Origin: a phage | Direction: 5' to 3' (one strand) | DNA: 40,208 nucleotides | Sequence record: QB023162.1 | In this document: one piece after another, positions 22,480 through 31,269 of the stretch | Layout of the letters: the number at the start of each line of letters is the position of its first letter | How positions within the stretch are numbered: the first letter of the stretch is position 1 | The notes under the pieces: model-generated | What the model was told of the DNA's origin: nothing | Seen by the model: the letters and a program-made list of their open reading frames with translations, nothing else | The model's database searches: none | Position numbers and translations under genes: made by a program

Positions 22480-23717
22480 TTTTAAAGGAACGCGGCGGCA
22501 ATAACGATGTGCACGCCTTACTGTCGCCGTCAGGTGCTAAAAAGTGGCTAAGTTGCGCCGCATCACTGGCCTGTGAAAAAGATATCCCTAACACGTCCGG
22601 TAAAGCCGCTGTATTAGGCACAGCTATGCACACCATAGCGGAGATGCACCTAAACCAGTACATCAAAGGCACTGCGTTGCCGTTAGAGCGTGAGGTCGGA
22701 GCTTACGTACTGGATGAGGGTAAAGGCCAGATTAAGGCGCTAATCAGTCCGATGAAAGGCGCGGTACTGATTACGGCAGACATGATTGAGCAGGTGCGCA
22801 AGTACACCGACTACTGCAAAGCGATTATTGACGTAGCGACTTACGCCAAGCTGGAAATGCGCGTCAATCTTACTGAGGTATTGCATCCTGGTTACGAAGG
22901 TGTCGAGACGTTCGGAACCGCTGACCTTGTTGCCGTTCAGGAACTGGCTAACACCGACGAGCACATGCTCATTATCGGCGACCTTAAAACAGGACGGCAT
23001 CGTGTCGAAGCGAAAGAAAACAAGCAGCTTATGCTTTACGCTCTCGGTGTTTATCGCCGACTCAAGAGACGTTATAACATCACAGTAGTGCGCCTGGTCA
23101 TCTTCCAGCCGTACGCGGGAGGTGCGTCAGAGTGGGACATCTCGGTCGAAGGTCTGGAACTGTTCGCTAAGTTCGCACAGAAACGTGCCCTGTTAGCGTT
23201 AGATGCATATTTCCGCGGTAAGAAGAACCTGAAAGCGTCGGACTTCAGGCCGTCGGTCGATGGTTGCCAGTGGTGCCGGTTCTCAGAACAGTGCGCCGCG
23301 CGTACAAAAACCGTTAACTCTGTACTGGCGGAAGGACTTGAAGACGACTTTGCGCTTGAAATGACGCCGGAGCAACTCGTAGTTGAGTATGGGAAGTTGC
23401 CGCTGTTGCGCCTGCACATCGACAAGGTTGAGAAAGCGATGGCCGCCGCATTGCATTCTGGTAAGAAAGTTCCTGGGTACAAGCTGGTTGAAGGTAAGAT
23501 GGGCAATCGTGCGTGGAAAGACGCGGAGAAAGTAACAGAACTCTACGGCGACAAGCTGACTAAAGAAGTGCTCATGACGCCAACCGAAGCTGTTAAAGTG
23601 ATACCGGAAGAAGAACTGAAAGACTTCATCACACGTAAGCCAGGTGCCCCATGCATCACAAAGGCAGACGACAAACGGCCTGAGTGGAATCAGGTTAGTG
23701 AAGAAGATTTGGAATAA
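22476..23717 (+). CDS. PD-(D/E)XK nuclease, Cas4/RecB-like with Fe-S cysteine cluster (start ATG 22476; table start is GTG 22461)
   Basis: IGDLKTG (DxK) and QLMLY (QxxxY) RecB-type motifs; one N-terminal Cys plus a C-terminal C-x2-C-x5-C (CQWCRFSEQC); SD GGGAGAA. Confidence 0.65.
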   Translation: MILKERGGNNDVHALLSPSGAKKWLSCAASLACEKDIPNTSGKAAVLGTAMHTIAEMHLNQYIKGTALPLEREVGAYVLDEGKGQIKALISPMKGAVLITADMIEQVRKYTDYCKAIIDVATYAKLEMRVNLTEVLHPGYEGVETFGTADLVAVQELANTDEHMLIIGDLKTGRHRVEAKENKQLMLYALGVYRRLKRRYNITVVRLVIFQPYAGGASEWDISVEGLELFAKFAQKRALLALDAYFRGKKNLKASDFRPSVDGCQWCRFSEQCAARTKTVNSVLAEGLEDDFALEMTPEQLVVEYGKLPLLRLHIDKVEKAMAAALHSGKKVPGYKLVEGKMGNRAWKDAEKVTELYGDKLTKEVLMTPTEAVKVIPEEELKDFITRKPGAPCITKADDKRPEWNQVSEEDLE

Positions 23718-23721
23718 AGTG

Positions 23722-23750
23722 TTGACACCTGAATAGTTAGCTATTATAGT
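23722..23750 (+). promoter_or_regulatory. class B promoter PB2 with operator O7
   Basis: TTGACA (23722..23727), 17 nt containing TGAATAG-TTAG-CTATTAT (23730..23747), TATAGT (23745..23750). Confidence 0.65.
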
Positions 23751-23804
23751 TCTAATCACTGGCCGGGCAGCTTCCCGGAGTAAACTTAAAAGCGAGAAAT
23801 TAAG

Positions 23805-24431
23805 ATGGGACTGAAATTAAATCTGCGTAAAGTAAACACTGCCTGGGTTAACGTATTCGAACGCGAAAAAGACCGTGAAAACGATGATGGCTCAATCACT
23901 AAAGGCCAGTACAGCGCGACTATTATCCTGCCGTCTGACCATGCTCAAATCGACGCGCTATACGACACAGTCTACTCTGTAGTTGAGGAAGCGTTAGGTG
24001 CCGCCGCTGCCGAGAAATGGATGAAGTCCAACTACGGCGAAGGCAAGCACATGGATAAATGCGCGATTAAAGACATTGCCGAACGCGACAATCCGTTTGA
24101 AGACTTCCCGGAAGGCTTCTACTTCAAAGCTAAGGCCCAGAAACAGCCGCTGATTGTTACCTCTAAAAAAGGTGAGACTCAGGTAGAGCAGGACTTCAGC
24201 GTAGATGGTGAACAGATTGAAGGCGAACAGGTTTACAGCGGATGCGTCGCTAACGTAAGCGTTGAAATCTGGTTCAGCCAGAAATACAAAGTCCTCGGCG
24301 TTAACCTGTTGGCTATTAAATACGTTGGTGAAGGTAAAGCGTTCGGTGGTTCTAAAGTTGCTGCAAGTGTCGATGACCTGGAAGACGACGAAGAAGACGA
24401 AGCACCGCGCCGCGAACGTCGTCGCCGCTAA
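23805..24431 (+). CDS. putative ssDNA-binding / recombination-associated protein (208 aa)
   Basis: Position between the Cas4-like nuclease and the DNA polymerase; acidic Asp/Glu tract near the C-terminus; the assignment is by synteny and is tentative. Confidence 0.4.
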   Translation: MGLKLNLRKVNTAWVNVFEREKDRENDDGSITKGQYSATIILPSDHAQIDALYDTVYSVVEEALGAAAAEKWMKSNYGEGKHMDKCAIKDIAERDNPFEDFPEGFYFKAKAQKQPLIVTSKKGETQVEQDFSVDGEQIEGEQVYSGCVANVSVEIWFSQKYKVLGVNLLAIKYVGEGKAFGGSKVAASVDDLEDDEEDEAPRRERRRR

Positions 24432-24450
24432 TATCTGAATCAATTTAACT

Positions 24451-24476
24451 AAGGCCCTTCATTGGGCCTTTTTACT
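24451..24476 (+). terminator. rho-independent terminator/attenuator between the SSB-like gene and DNA polymerase
   Basis: AAGGCCC-ttcatt-GGGCCTT followed by TTTTT; the polymerase SD and ATG follow within 20 nt with no intervening promoter. Confidence 0.55.
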
Positions 24477-24490
24477 AAGGGTCAAAAATA

Positions 24491-26662
24491 ATGAGTTACC
24501 TGTTCTTGGACTTTGAAACATTCTCCGAGGCCGATTTAAAGAAAGTCGGCTCCTATGCTTACGCTGAACACCCGACTACCGAAGTGCTTATCTGTACCTA
24601 TGCTTTTGACGACGAGCCTGTACAGGTATGGGATTGCACCGACGGCAGCGACATGCCAGGGGATTTGCACCGCGCCTTGCGCCGCCTGGTTAAGCTGAAC
24701 AGCCGCATTAAGATGGTGTGGCACAACGGTGGACTTTTCGATCGTCTCATCATGAAACACTGCTGGGGCTTTGATATTCCGGTAAGCAACACCATTGATA
24801 CGATGATTTGGGCGTTTCGTCACGCGCTGCCGGGTTCACTCGATGCATTGTGCGAAGTGCTGGGAGTATCCGCCGACAATGCGAAAGATAAACGCGGGAA
24901 GGCGCTGATTCAGCGTTTCTCTAAGCCGACGCCAAAGAACTATAAAATTCGCCGCTACACTGCCGAAACGCACCAGGACGAGTGGGCGATGTTCATCAAG
25001 TACGCCGTGAGCGACATCACCGCGATGCGTGAAGTCTTCCATAAGCTGCCGCGTTGGGGTAACTCAGACTTCGAGGACCGTGTACTGGAGCTGGACCAGT
25101 TAATCAATGACCGCGGGTTTAAGGTTGACGTCGCACTGGCGGAAGCCGCGATTGAAGCCGTGGAGAAACACAAAGCGCAGTTACAGGAAGAAGCCCAACG
25201 TAAATACGGCGGCTCGCTTACCGGAAAGGACTTTCTGCCAATTCTGCGTGAACTCGCACCAGCGCACCGCATCCACAACGCGCAGAAGTCAACGCTTAAC
25301 GACCTGCTGGCTGACGATGATTTACCAGACGACGCGCGCACTATTATCGAAATGCGCCTCGGGGCCGCGTCCACCGCGTCAACGAAATATAACCCGCTGC
25401 TGTTGGGTCGCTCGTCTGACGACCGCCGTCGCGGTTGCATCCAGTATGGCGGGGCAAAGCGTACGCTACGGTTTGCTGGCAAAGGCTTCCAGCCGCAGAA
25501 CCTGGCACGCGGGTACTATCACGATGATGAACTGGATAAAGGGATTTCTGCGTTACTTAAGGGCCGCGCGCATCGCCGTTTCGATGTAGCCAAACTAACG
25601 GCATCGACGGTTCGTAGTTGCATCATACCGGAAGCTGGGCATAAGTTTGTTGTTGCCGATTACTCTAACGTTGAAGGCCGGGGGCTTGCGTGGCTGGCCG
25701 GGGAAGACGATTTAATCGAAGTATTTGTAAACGGGGTTGATGTGTACAAGAAACTCGCATCAACGGTGTTTAACGTGGCGTATGAAGCCGTAACAAAGGA
25801 CCAAAGACAAATAGCCAAAGCAATGGTTCTGGGACTCGGCTACGCGGGGGGTGTCGGTGCTTTCATCACTTTTGCTAAAAACTTAGGTCTTGATTTGAAC
25901 GATATGACCTGCACTTTAGACGGGACTTTCCCGGACCATATCTGGGCTGCTACTGCACGTGGATATGAGTGGGCCCGCATTCAGGAGGCCAAGAGACCGC
26001 CGCGTCCTGGTGAAAAGGATGACCGACCATCATATATTCTGGACAAGAAAGTGTGGCGAACCTGCGACGCTTTAAAACGCATGTATCGAGAAGCTAATCC
26101 CGCAATAGTCCAATTCTGGCGAGATATTGAAGACTCAGCTATGGCGGCTATCCGCAATCCAGGTAAAGAGTTCACTGCAGGGCCGCGCGGCGTTAAGTTT
26201 TCGCGTAACGTGGAGACCGACAACAACGGCAACAAAGTCGCCGGTTGGTGGTTGCGGATGACGTTGCCGTCGGGCCGCGTTATGTCTTATCCGGGTGTTG
26301 GGTTAAGCGTGTCGAAAGAGACAGACGAAGACGGGAAGGTGTCTACCAACGTGCGCATCAAGTACCAGGGCGAAAACCAGTTAACCCGCCAGTGGGGTTT
26401 CCAGTACACATATTCCGGTAAACTAGTGGAAAACTGCACACAGGCGCTGTGCCGTGATTTGCTGGCTAATGCGCTGCTGAACGTAGAGGCAAACGGCTAC
26501 CCGATTGTACTTCACGTACACGATGAGATTATCTGCGAGACACCAGATTTACCGGAATACAATGTCGCAGAACTGGAACGATTGATGTGCGAATTACCTG
26601 AATGGGCGGAGGGGTTCCCTCTTGTAGCAGAAGGTGCGGAGATGAAGCGTTATGCCAAGTAA
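24491..26662 (+). CDS. DNA polymerase, family A (Pol I-like) with N-terminal 3'-5' exonuclease domain
   Basis: Exo motif LFLDFETFS; PolA motif A DYSNVEGRGLAW, motif B RQIAKAMVLGLGYAGG, motif C VHDEI; 723 aa. Confidence 0.85.
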   Translation: MSYLFLDFETFSEADLKKVGSYAYAEHPTTEVLICTYAFDDEPVQVWDCTDGSDMPGDLHRALRRLVKLNSRIKMVWHNGGLFDRLIMKHCWGFDIPVSNTIDTMIWAFRHALPGSLDALCEVLGVSADNAKDKRGKALIQRFSKPTPKNYKIRRYTAETHQDEWAMFIKYAVSDITAMREVFHKLPRWGNSDFEDRVLELDQLINDRGFKVDVALAEAAIEAVEKHKAQLQEEAQRKYGGSLTGKDFLPILRELAPAHRIHNAQKSTLNDLLADDDLPDDARTIIEMRLGAASTASTKYNPLLLGRSSDDRRRGCIQYGGAKRTLRFAGKGFQPQNLARGYYHDDELDKGISALLKGRAHRRFDVAKLTASTVRSCIIPEAGHKFVVADYSNVEGRGLAWLAGEDDLIEVFVNGVDVYKKLASTVFNVAYEAVTKDQRQIAKAMVLGLGYAGGVGAFITFAKNLGLDLNDMTCTLDGTFPDHIWAATARGYEWARIQEAKRPPRPGEKDDRPSYILDKKVWRTCDALKRMYREANPAIVQFWRDIEDSAMAAIRNPGKEFTAGPRGVKFSRNVETDNNGNKVAGWWLRMTLPSGRVMSYPGVGLSVSKETDEDGKVSTNVRIKYQGENQLTRQWGFQYTYSGKLVENCTQALCRDLLANALLNVEANGYPIVLHVHDEIICETPDLPEYNVAELERLMCELPEWAEGFPLVAEGAEMKRYAK

Positions 26663-26783
26663 ACTGATTATCGCGGTACTGGCGGGATTCGCCGCCGGTG
26701 TCTACTGTCACGAGGGCCAATACGGCATGATGGTTGCTATATTGGGTATGTTCATCGCAATTTATCTGTGGGTGCTGGAATGA
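26652..26783 (+). CDS. unlisted 43-aa single-pass membrane mini-protein
   Basis: ATG 26652 overlaps the polymerase 3' end; hydrophobic helices LIIAVLAGFAAGV and MMVAILGMFIAIYLWVL; ATGA coupled to the next ORF. Confidence 0.35.
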   Translation: MPSKLIIAVLAGFAAGVYCHEGQYGMMVAILGMFIAIYLWVLE

Positions 26784-26869
26784 AAATTTACCGGTTCTAC
26801 GAAGAAGACTGTCGAATCTGTCCGCGCTGCGGGATTGAGCATACGAAACGTGAGGGGTGCGTGTTATGA
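26780..26869 (+). CDS. unlisted 29-aa zinc-ribbon-like mini-protein
   Basis: Translation MKIYRFYEEDCRICPRCGIEHTKREGCVL has C-x2-C-x2-C plus a fourth Cys; ATGA overlaps at both ends. Confidence 0.3.
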   Translation: MKIYRFYEEDCRICPRCGIEHTKREGCVL

Positions 26870-27018
26870 CAATGTTTGTATTTTGGACGATAGTAACCAT
26901 GCTCGCACTGCTACTCGGTGCGGGGATAGCTGCGATGTTCTGTTATGGTCTGTTCTTTAAGTTTGTTGGCGCTGCTGTTCTAGGCGGGGCTTTCCTTACC
27001 TGGATTCTGCGGCCATGA
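26866..27018 (+). CDS. unlisted 50-aa two-helix membrane mini-protein
   Basis: Two hydrophobic segments (FVFWTIVTMLALLLGAGIAAMF and FVGAAVLGGAFLTWIL); ATGA coupled to the VRR-NUC gene. Confidence 0.35.
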   Translation: MTMFVFWTIVTMLALLLGAGIAAMFCYGLFFKFVGAAVLGGAFLTWILRP

Positions 27019-27299
27019 CCCCGGAAGGCAAGATTCAGAAATACGCAAAAGAGAGATTCGAGGCCCTGGGCGGCCTCGTTCGAAAGCTGTCTTATGAGGG
27101 GCGTTCCGGCGCTCCTGACCTGCTGGTGATTCTCCCCGGCGGCATCGTATGGTTCGTCGAGGTGAAGAAAGACGAAAACACGAAGCCAGACCCGCACCAG
27201 TTACGGGAGCACGAGCGGATGAGCAAACGTGGTGCTAATGTTTTTGTCGTTGGTTCGTTCAAACAGGTTGACACCCTAATAGCGAGCTATTATAGTTAA
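27015..27299 (+). CDS. VRR-NUC domain nuclease
   Basis: 94 aa with GAPDLLVILPGGIVWFVEVKK, i.e. a PD...(E)VK PD-(D/E)XK core typical of VRR-NUC. Confidence 0.7.
   Translation: MTPEGKIQKYAKERFEALGGLVRKLSYEGRSGAPDLLVILPGGIVWFVEVKKDENTKPDPHQLREHERMSKRGANVFVVGSFKQVDTLIASYYS
27268..27296 (+). promoter_or_regulatory. class B promoter PB3 with operator O8, embedded in the 3' end of the VRR-NUC gene
   Basis: TTGACA (27268..27273), 17 nt containing CTAATAG-CGAG-CTATTAT (27276..27293), TATAGT (27291..27296). Confidence 0.65.
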
Positions 27300-27329
27300 T
27301 CACACACCAACAATATAAGGAATTGAGAA

Positions 27330-27521
27330 ATGAAACACGAATACGACCGCAAACCAGCACGTGACATCGTACCTGGCGACATGATTTTCAACGTTAAGAC
27401 TCGCCAGCCTGTTGCCGTTGATACGGTGTTCGTGGAGTCGAACGGTAAACTGGTTATCGAAGACGTAACAGGTAACGTTACGGCGTTCGGGCGTAAAGAG
27501 CTGGTGCTGGTGGCAAAATGA
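27330..27521 (+). CDS. hypothetical protein (63 aa)
   Basis: ORF table; SD AAGGAA; ATGA coupled to the helicase gene. Confidence 0.45.
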   Translation: MKHEYDRKPARDIVPGDMIFNVKTRQPVAVDTVFVESNGKLVIEDVTGNVTAFGRKELVLVAK

Positions 27522-28942
27522 GTAAGTTTCAAAGGCGCGAGTACCAGAAGCTCATGACTTCGTTCATGCTACAGCATCATCGCTGTAATATTTGGGCGAG
27601 CATGGGTGCCGGGAAGACTGGCAGCGTACTGTGGGCGTTAAACAGACTGTTCCGCAACGGCCAACTTAATGATGATGACCGCGTGTTAATCCTCGCGCCG
27701 TTGCGTGTTGCGTCCGGCACATGGCCGGCAGAACAAGAGAAATGGCAATTCCCATGTCTGCGTGTCGTTGATGCAACCGGTTCAGAGAAGCGCCGCATCG
27801 CGGCGCTGGAGTCTGATGCTAACGTGGTTTGCACGAACTACGAAGTTATCGAGTGGCTGATTGACTACTACGGCAAAGACGACTGGCCTTTTACCGTTAT
27901 CGTTGCCGATGAAAGCACGAAGCTGAAATCATTCCGCAGCCGTTCTGGTGGAAGCAAGCGGGCGAAGGCGCTTAGTAAAGTGGCGTTCGGTAAGGTTAAG
28001 CGTTTCATTAACCTTACCGGTACACCGTCACCGAACGGCCTTAAGGACTTGTGGGGTCAGAACTGGTTTATCGACGCTGGAGAGCGCCTCGGTTCTTCAT
28101 ACACAGCATTCACAGACCGCTGGTTTAACTCGGTACAGAAGGGCAAATCGGCGATGGCACGTGAATACCACGCCCGCCCTGGCGCAGATAATGAGATTCA
28201 TCAGAAGATGAAAGACATTAGTCTCACGATTGACGCGGCCGAGTGGTTTGGTTGTGAAGCGCCGATTATTGTACCGGTTGAAATCGACCTACCGAAGAAG
28301 GCGCGTCAGGCGTACATCGATATGGAGGAGAAGCTATTCGCAGAACTGGAGAGCGGGGAAGTGGAAGCGGCTAACGCTGCGGCGAAGACGTCGAAGTGCC
28401 TACAGATTGCATCCGGTGCCGTGTATGTATCGGGGCCAGACGGAGAAGCAACCAAAGACTGGGAGAAAGTTCACGACACGAAACTGGATGCGCTTGAGTC
28501 GATTGTTGAGGAGTTACAGGGCGCTCCGTTATTGGTGGCCTATCAGTTTAAGCACGAACTGGAGCGCATCCTTAAGCGATTCCCGCAGGCGCAGGCGTTT
28601 GCCAAAGGTGCGAAGGGTAATAAGCAGATGGAAGCGTGGAACCGCGGGGAAATCGAAATCTTATGCGTACATCCTGCGTCAGCCGGTCATGGTTTGAATT
28701 TACAGGACGGCGGGCATCATCTGGCATTCATCTCGCAAGGCTGGAACCTTGAGCACTATTTGCAGGTTGTCGAGCGTATAGGCCCGGTCCGCCAGAAACA
28801 GGCAGGGCACGAGCGACCAGTGTTCCTCTATCACATCGTTGCTAAAGACACGCTGGACGAGGTTGTTGCCGCGCGTACAGACGAGAAGAAATCGGTGCAG
28901 GAAGAATTGCTTAATTACATGAAGAGACGAGGTAAGAAATGA
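27518..28942 (+). CDS. SNF2/DEAD-like superfamily 2 helicase
   Basis: Walker A GAGKTGS, DExx-like VIVADEST, C-terminal helicase domain; typical partner of VRR-NUC in phage genomes. Confidence 0.7.
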   Translation: MSKFQRREYQKLMTSFMLQHHRCNIWASMGAGKTGSVLWALNRLFRNGQLNDDDRVLILAPLRVASGTWPAEQEKWQFPCLRVVDATGSEKRRIAALESDANVVCTNYEVIEWLIDYYGKDDWPFTVIVADESTKLKSFRSRSGGSKRAKALSKVAFGKVKRFINLTGTPSPNGLKDLWGQNWFIDAGERLGSSYTAFTDRWFNSVQKGKSAMAREYHARPGADNEIHQKMKDISLTIDAAEWFGCEAPIIVPVEIDLPKKARQAYIDMEEKLFAELESGEVEAANAAAKTSKCLQIASGAVYVSGPDGEATKDWEKVHDTKLDALESIVEELQGAPLLVAYQFKHELERILKRFPQAQAFAKGAKGNKQMEAWNRGEIEILCVHPASAGHGLNLQDGGHHLAFISQGWNLEHYLQVVERIGPVRQKQAGHERPVFLYHIVAKDTLDEVVAARTDEKKSVQEELLNYMKRRGKK

Positions 28943-29076
28943 ACATCATAGCCCCGATTCCGGCATTGCAAAAACGTATCAAGGAACTCGAAGAGGAGGT
29001 TCTGCGACTACGGCAACAGAGAGATGCCGCTAATGCGCAACTGGCGTTTGTACTGGAGAAGCTATCAGAAGAGTAG
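28939..29076 (+). CDS. unlisted 45-aa coiled-coil mini-protein
   Basis: ATGA coupled to the helicase stop; translation MNIIAPIPALQKRIKELEEEVLRLRQQRDAANAQLAFVLEKLSEE. Confidence 0.3.
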   Translation: MNIIAPIPALQKRIKELEEEVLRLRQQRDAANAQLAFVLEKLSEE

Positions 29077-29080
29077 AGAA

Positions 29081-29106
29081 AAGGCCCCGTTTGGGGCCTT
29101 ATTTTT
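29081..29106. terminator. bidirectional terminator between the replication module and the tailspike gene
   Basis: AAGGCCCC-gttt-GGGGCCTT followed by ATTTTT; a U-rich tract is also present for the minus strand. Confidence 0.6.
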
Positions 29107-29112
29107 AATTAA

Positions 29113-31257
29113 CTAAAAACCCGCACCTAAAGTACCAGCTACTGACCACCTACCCGGTGTTCCAGGGGTGACACAGTACCACAAATATGGGGTAGACTCG
29201 ACAGCATCCAGATTAAGCACCATATCACCACGTTTCCAAGCTCCACTACCATCAGGTCTTCCTGCGGCTGGCTTACCTGTTCCAAGCCAATTACCATTAT
29301 ACTGTTGATCCCCGTTTTGCGTGAATGACAGAACCTTTGGTTTAGCTCCTGAGTATCGCATCACTGATTTACATGACACCTCGCCAGTGATATAGCAGTC
29401 TGAAACAAACAGCCAAGCACGGTCTCCGCAGTTAACATCCCCCAGTATCGAGGAGCTAGTCAGATGAATTTCAGTGAATGTCGGTGCAAATAGCGCAGTA
29501 ATCCCGATGTTCCTCAACGAAGAGTTGGATATTCTCAGCTCTTTCGGTGCACCATCATCACTACCAAAATCAATAACGGAACCTGGCGCATCCGACGATA
29601 AGGTACACTGATTAAAGGTCAATGAGGCATTCCACGCACCCCACGCGCCTCCTGCATGAGATATAAGGCAACCATCAAATTCTACCAGCCCTGTACTCTC
29701 CGTTCCTGTTACGAAAATCGGCTCTGAACTGGATGTTTTATACACATTGCATTTTATAAATTTAGCTTTAGCACCAGAGTTCTTCATAAACCTCTTATCT
29801 GTTTTGAAAGTACAGTTTATAAAAGTTGAGGTTTCAAGGACATTCCAAACGGCAACAGCACATTGCAGCAGGTTGTGGGTATTAGAACCGGAGTTATACT
29901 CAAACACGCTATTCATTACAGTAACTACGCCACACAACTCTGTGTGTATCGGTCGGTCATATCCGTAAACATACGCATTATTAATGCTAATATTCCTGGG
30001 GTCTGGCTTGCCTGTCGGGCTATACCCATCAACAACTATGCCACATCTACCACCACGTGAATTATTCCCGGACTCAACACGAATGTTATCAATGGATACG
30101 TTAGTGCTCCCATACCATACAATCAACCCATCACCCCAATTCTCTAGCTGTGAGCTAGTAAATCCTTTATCAGACAAAGGAGAGCAATCTTTCAGGGTTA
30201 TTTGATTAATACACCCATTCTGGCAATTAGATACATTAATTCCTTGCCGTTGCGCTTTCTCAACATAGACATTCTCCAGAGAGAAATTAGTAGTGTTGCG
30301 CAGGTTTATACCGATTGCGTAATCGTTCGCTTTGATGCTTATGTTCTTTAAATGGACATTAGCGAGAGAACCAGATGTTCCACCGGCAAAATTCGGGGTG
30401 TTTATAGCCGCCATTTCGCTGCCGTTTGTTACATCTGAAAGGGTGAAAACCGGCCCCATCCAGTTGAGTGTAGAATCTCTAAAATCTATATTTGTGTTGG
30501 AAGATAAAACCCAATCGCTAGATATGTTAATTATAGATTTTTCTGGAAAATACAAATCTACAAACGGTGCCGATGCCATAGCATCAAGAACAGGCTTAGC
30601 ATCAGCCATGTTGTTTTCGAAGCCAAAGTTGTTTGCGCTTCTAACATCATTACCGTTTAAAAGACCAATATTGCGCCAGAGAACGTCAGATGTAGGGGCT
30701 GGGTCAATATTCTTAGGGAAATTTCCGGTCCAGACATACCAATACCCGTCGCTGGCCTGAACAGCTTCTCTGAATTCATTTACAACACCCCCCGTTGTAA
30801 ATGAGTATTTCTTAAGAAAATTCACGAAATACCCATCTGAAATTAAATTAACACCAAGCGGTGCTTCCAGTTCCTGCCTGAGATTTGGGTCCGTCTGCGG
30901 TTCCCAATCCGCGCCCCCTACTGGGTTAAAGGACGCTGGAACAACAACCGGCAACGTACCCGCGTACGAGTACCATGTTTTACTTACAGGGTCGTAGACA
31001 ACTTTATTGCGGTCGTTAACCGCTAACGTGCCCCCAGTGGAAAAGTCCCATGACACCGGAGAAAATCCAGCATCGCGCAACACGGCAGGGAGTGTCTTCT
31101 GCGTCTGCCCTGTAACCTGATTTGTTGCGTAATCGATATCAGCGCCCCCCGCAACCCCACCGGATTTACCAGTGATAACCTCGGCCTCGAAAATCTGGTG
31201 TTTCTTGGCGGTTTGTAAGTCCGCCAGGCTTAAAACGTCACCGCATCCGCTTGACAT
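29113..31257 (-). CDS. tailspike / receptor-binding depolymerase with predicted right-handed beta-helix
   Basis: 714 aa; last gene of the tail module; Asn/Gly/Ser/Thr-rich periodic segments typical of pectate-lyase-like beta-helices; SD AGAGGA. Confidence 0.6.
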   Translation of the reverse strand: MSSGCGDVLSLADLQTAKKHQIFEAEVITGKSGGVAGGADIDYATNQVTGQTQKTLPAVLRDAGFSPVSWDFSTGGTLAVNDRNKVVYDPVSKTWYSYAGTLPVVVPASFNPVGGADWEPQTDPNLRQELEAPLGVNLISDGYFVNFLKKYSFTTGGVVNEFREAVQASDGYWYVWTGNFPKNIDPAPTSDVLWRNIGLLNGNDVRSANNFGFENNMADAKPVLDAMASAPFVDLYFPEKSIINISSDWVLSSNTNIDFRDSTLNWMGPVFTLSDVTNGSEMAAINTPNFAGGTSGSLANVHLKNISIKANDYAIGINLRNTTNFSLENVYVEKAQRQGINVSNCQNGCINQITLKDCSPLSDKGFTSSQLENWGDGLIVWYGSTNVSIDNIRVESGNNSRGGRCGIVVDGYSPTGKPDPRNISINNAYVYGYDRPIHTELCGVVTVMNSVFEYNSGSNTHNLLQCAVAVWNVLETSTFINCTFKTDKRFMKNSGAKAKFIKCNVYKTSSSEPIFVTGTESTGLVEFDGCLISHAGGAWGAWNASLTFNQCTLSSDAPGSVIDFGSDDGAPKELRISNSSLRNIGITALFAPTFTEIHLTSSSILGDVNCGDRAWLFVSDCYITGEVSCKSVMRYSGAKPKVLSFTQNGDQQYNGNWLGTGKPAAGRPDGSGAWKRGDMVLNLDAVESTPYLWYCVTPGTPGRWSVAGTLGAGF

Positions 31258-31269
31258 ATAGAGTCCTCT

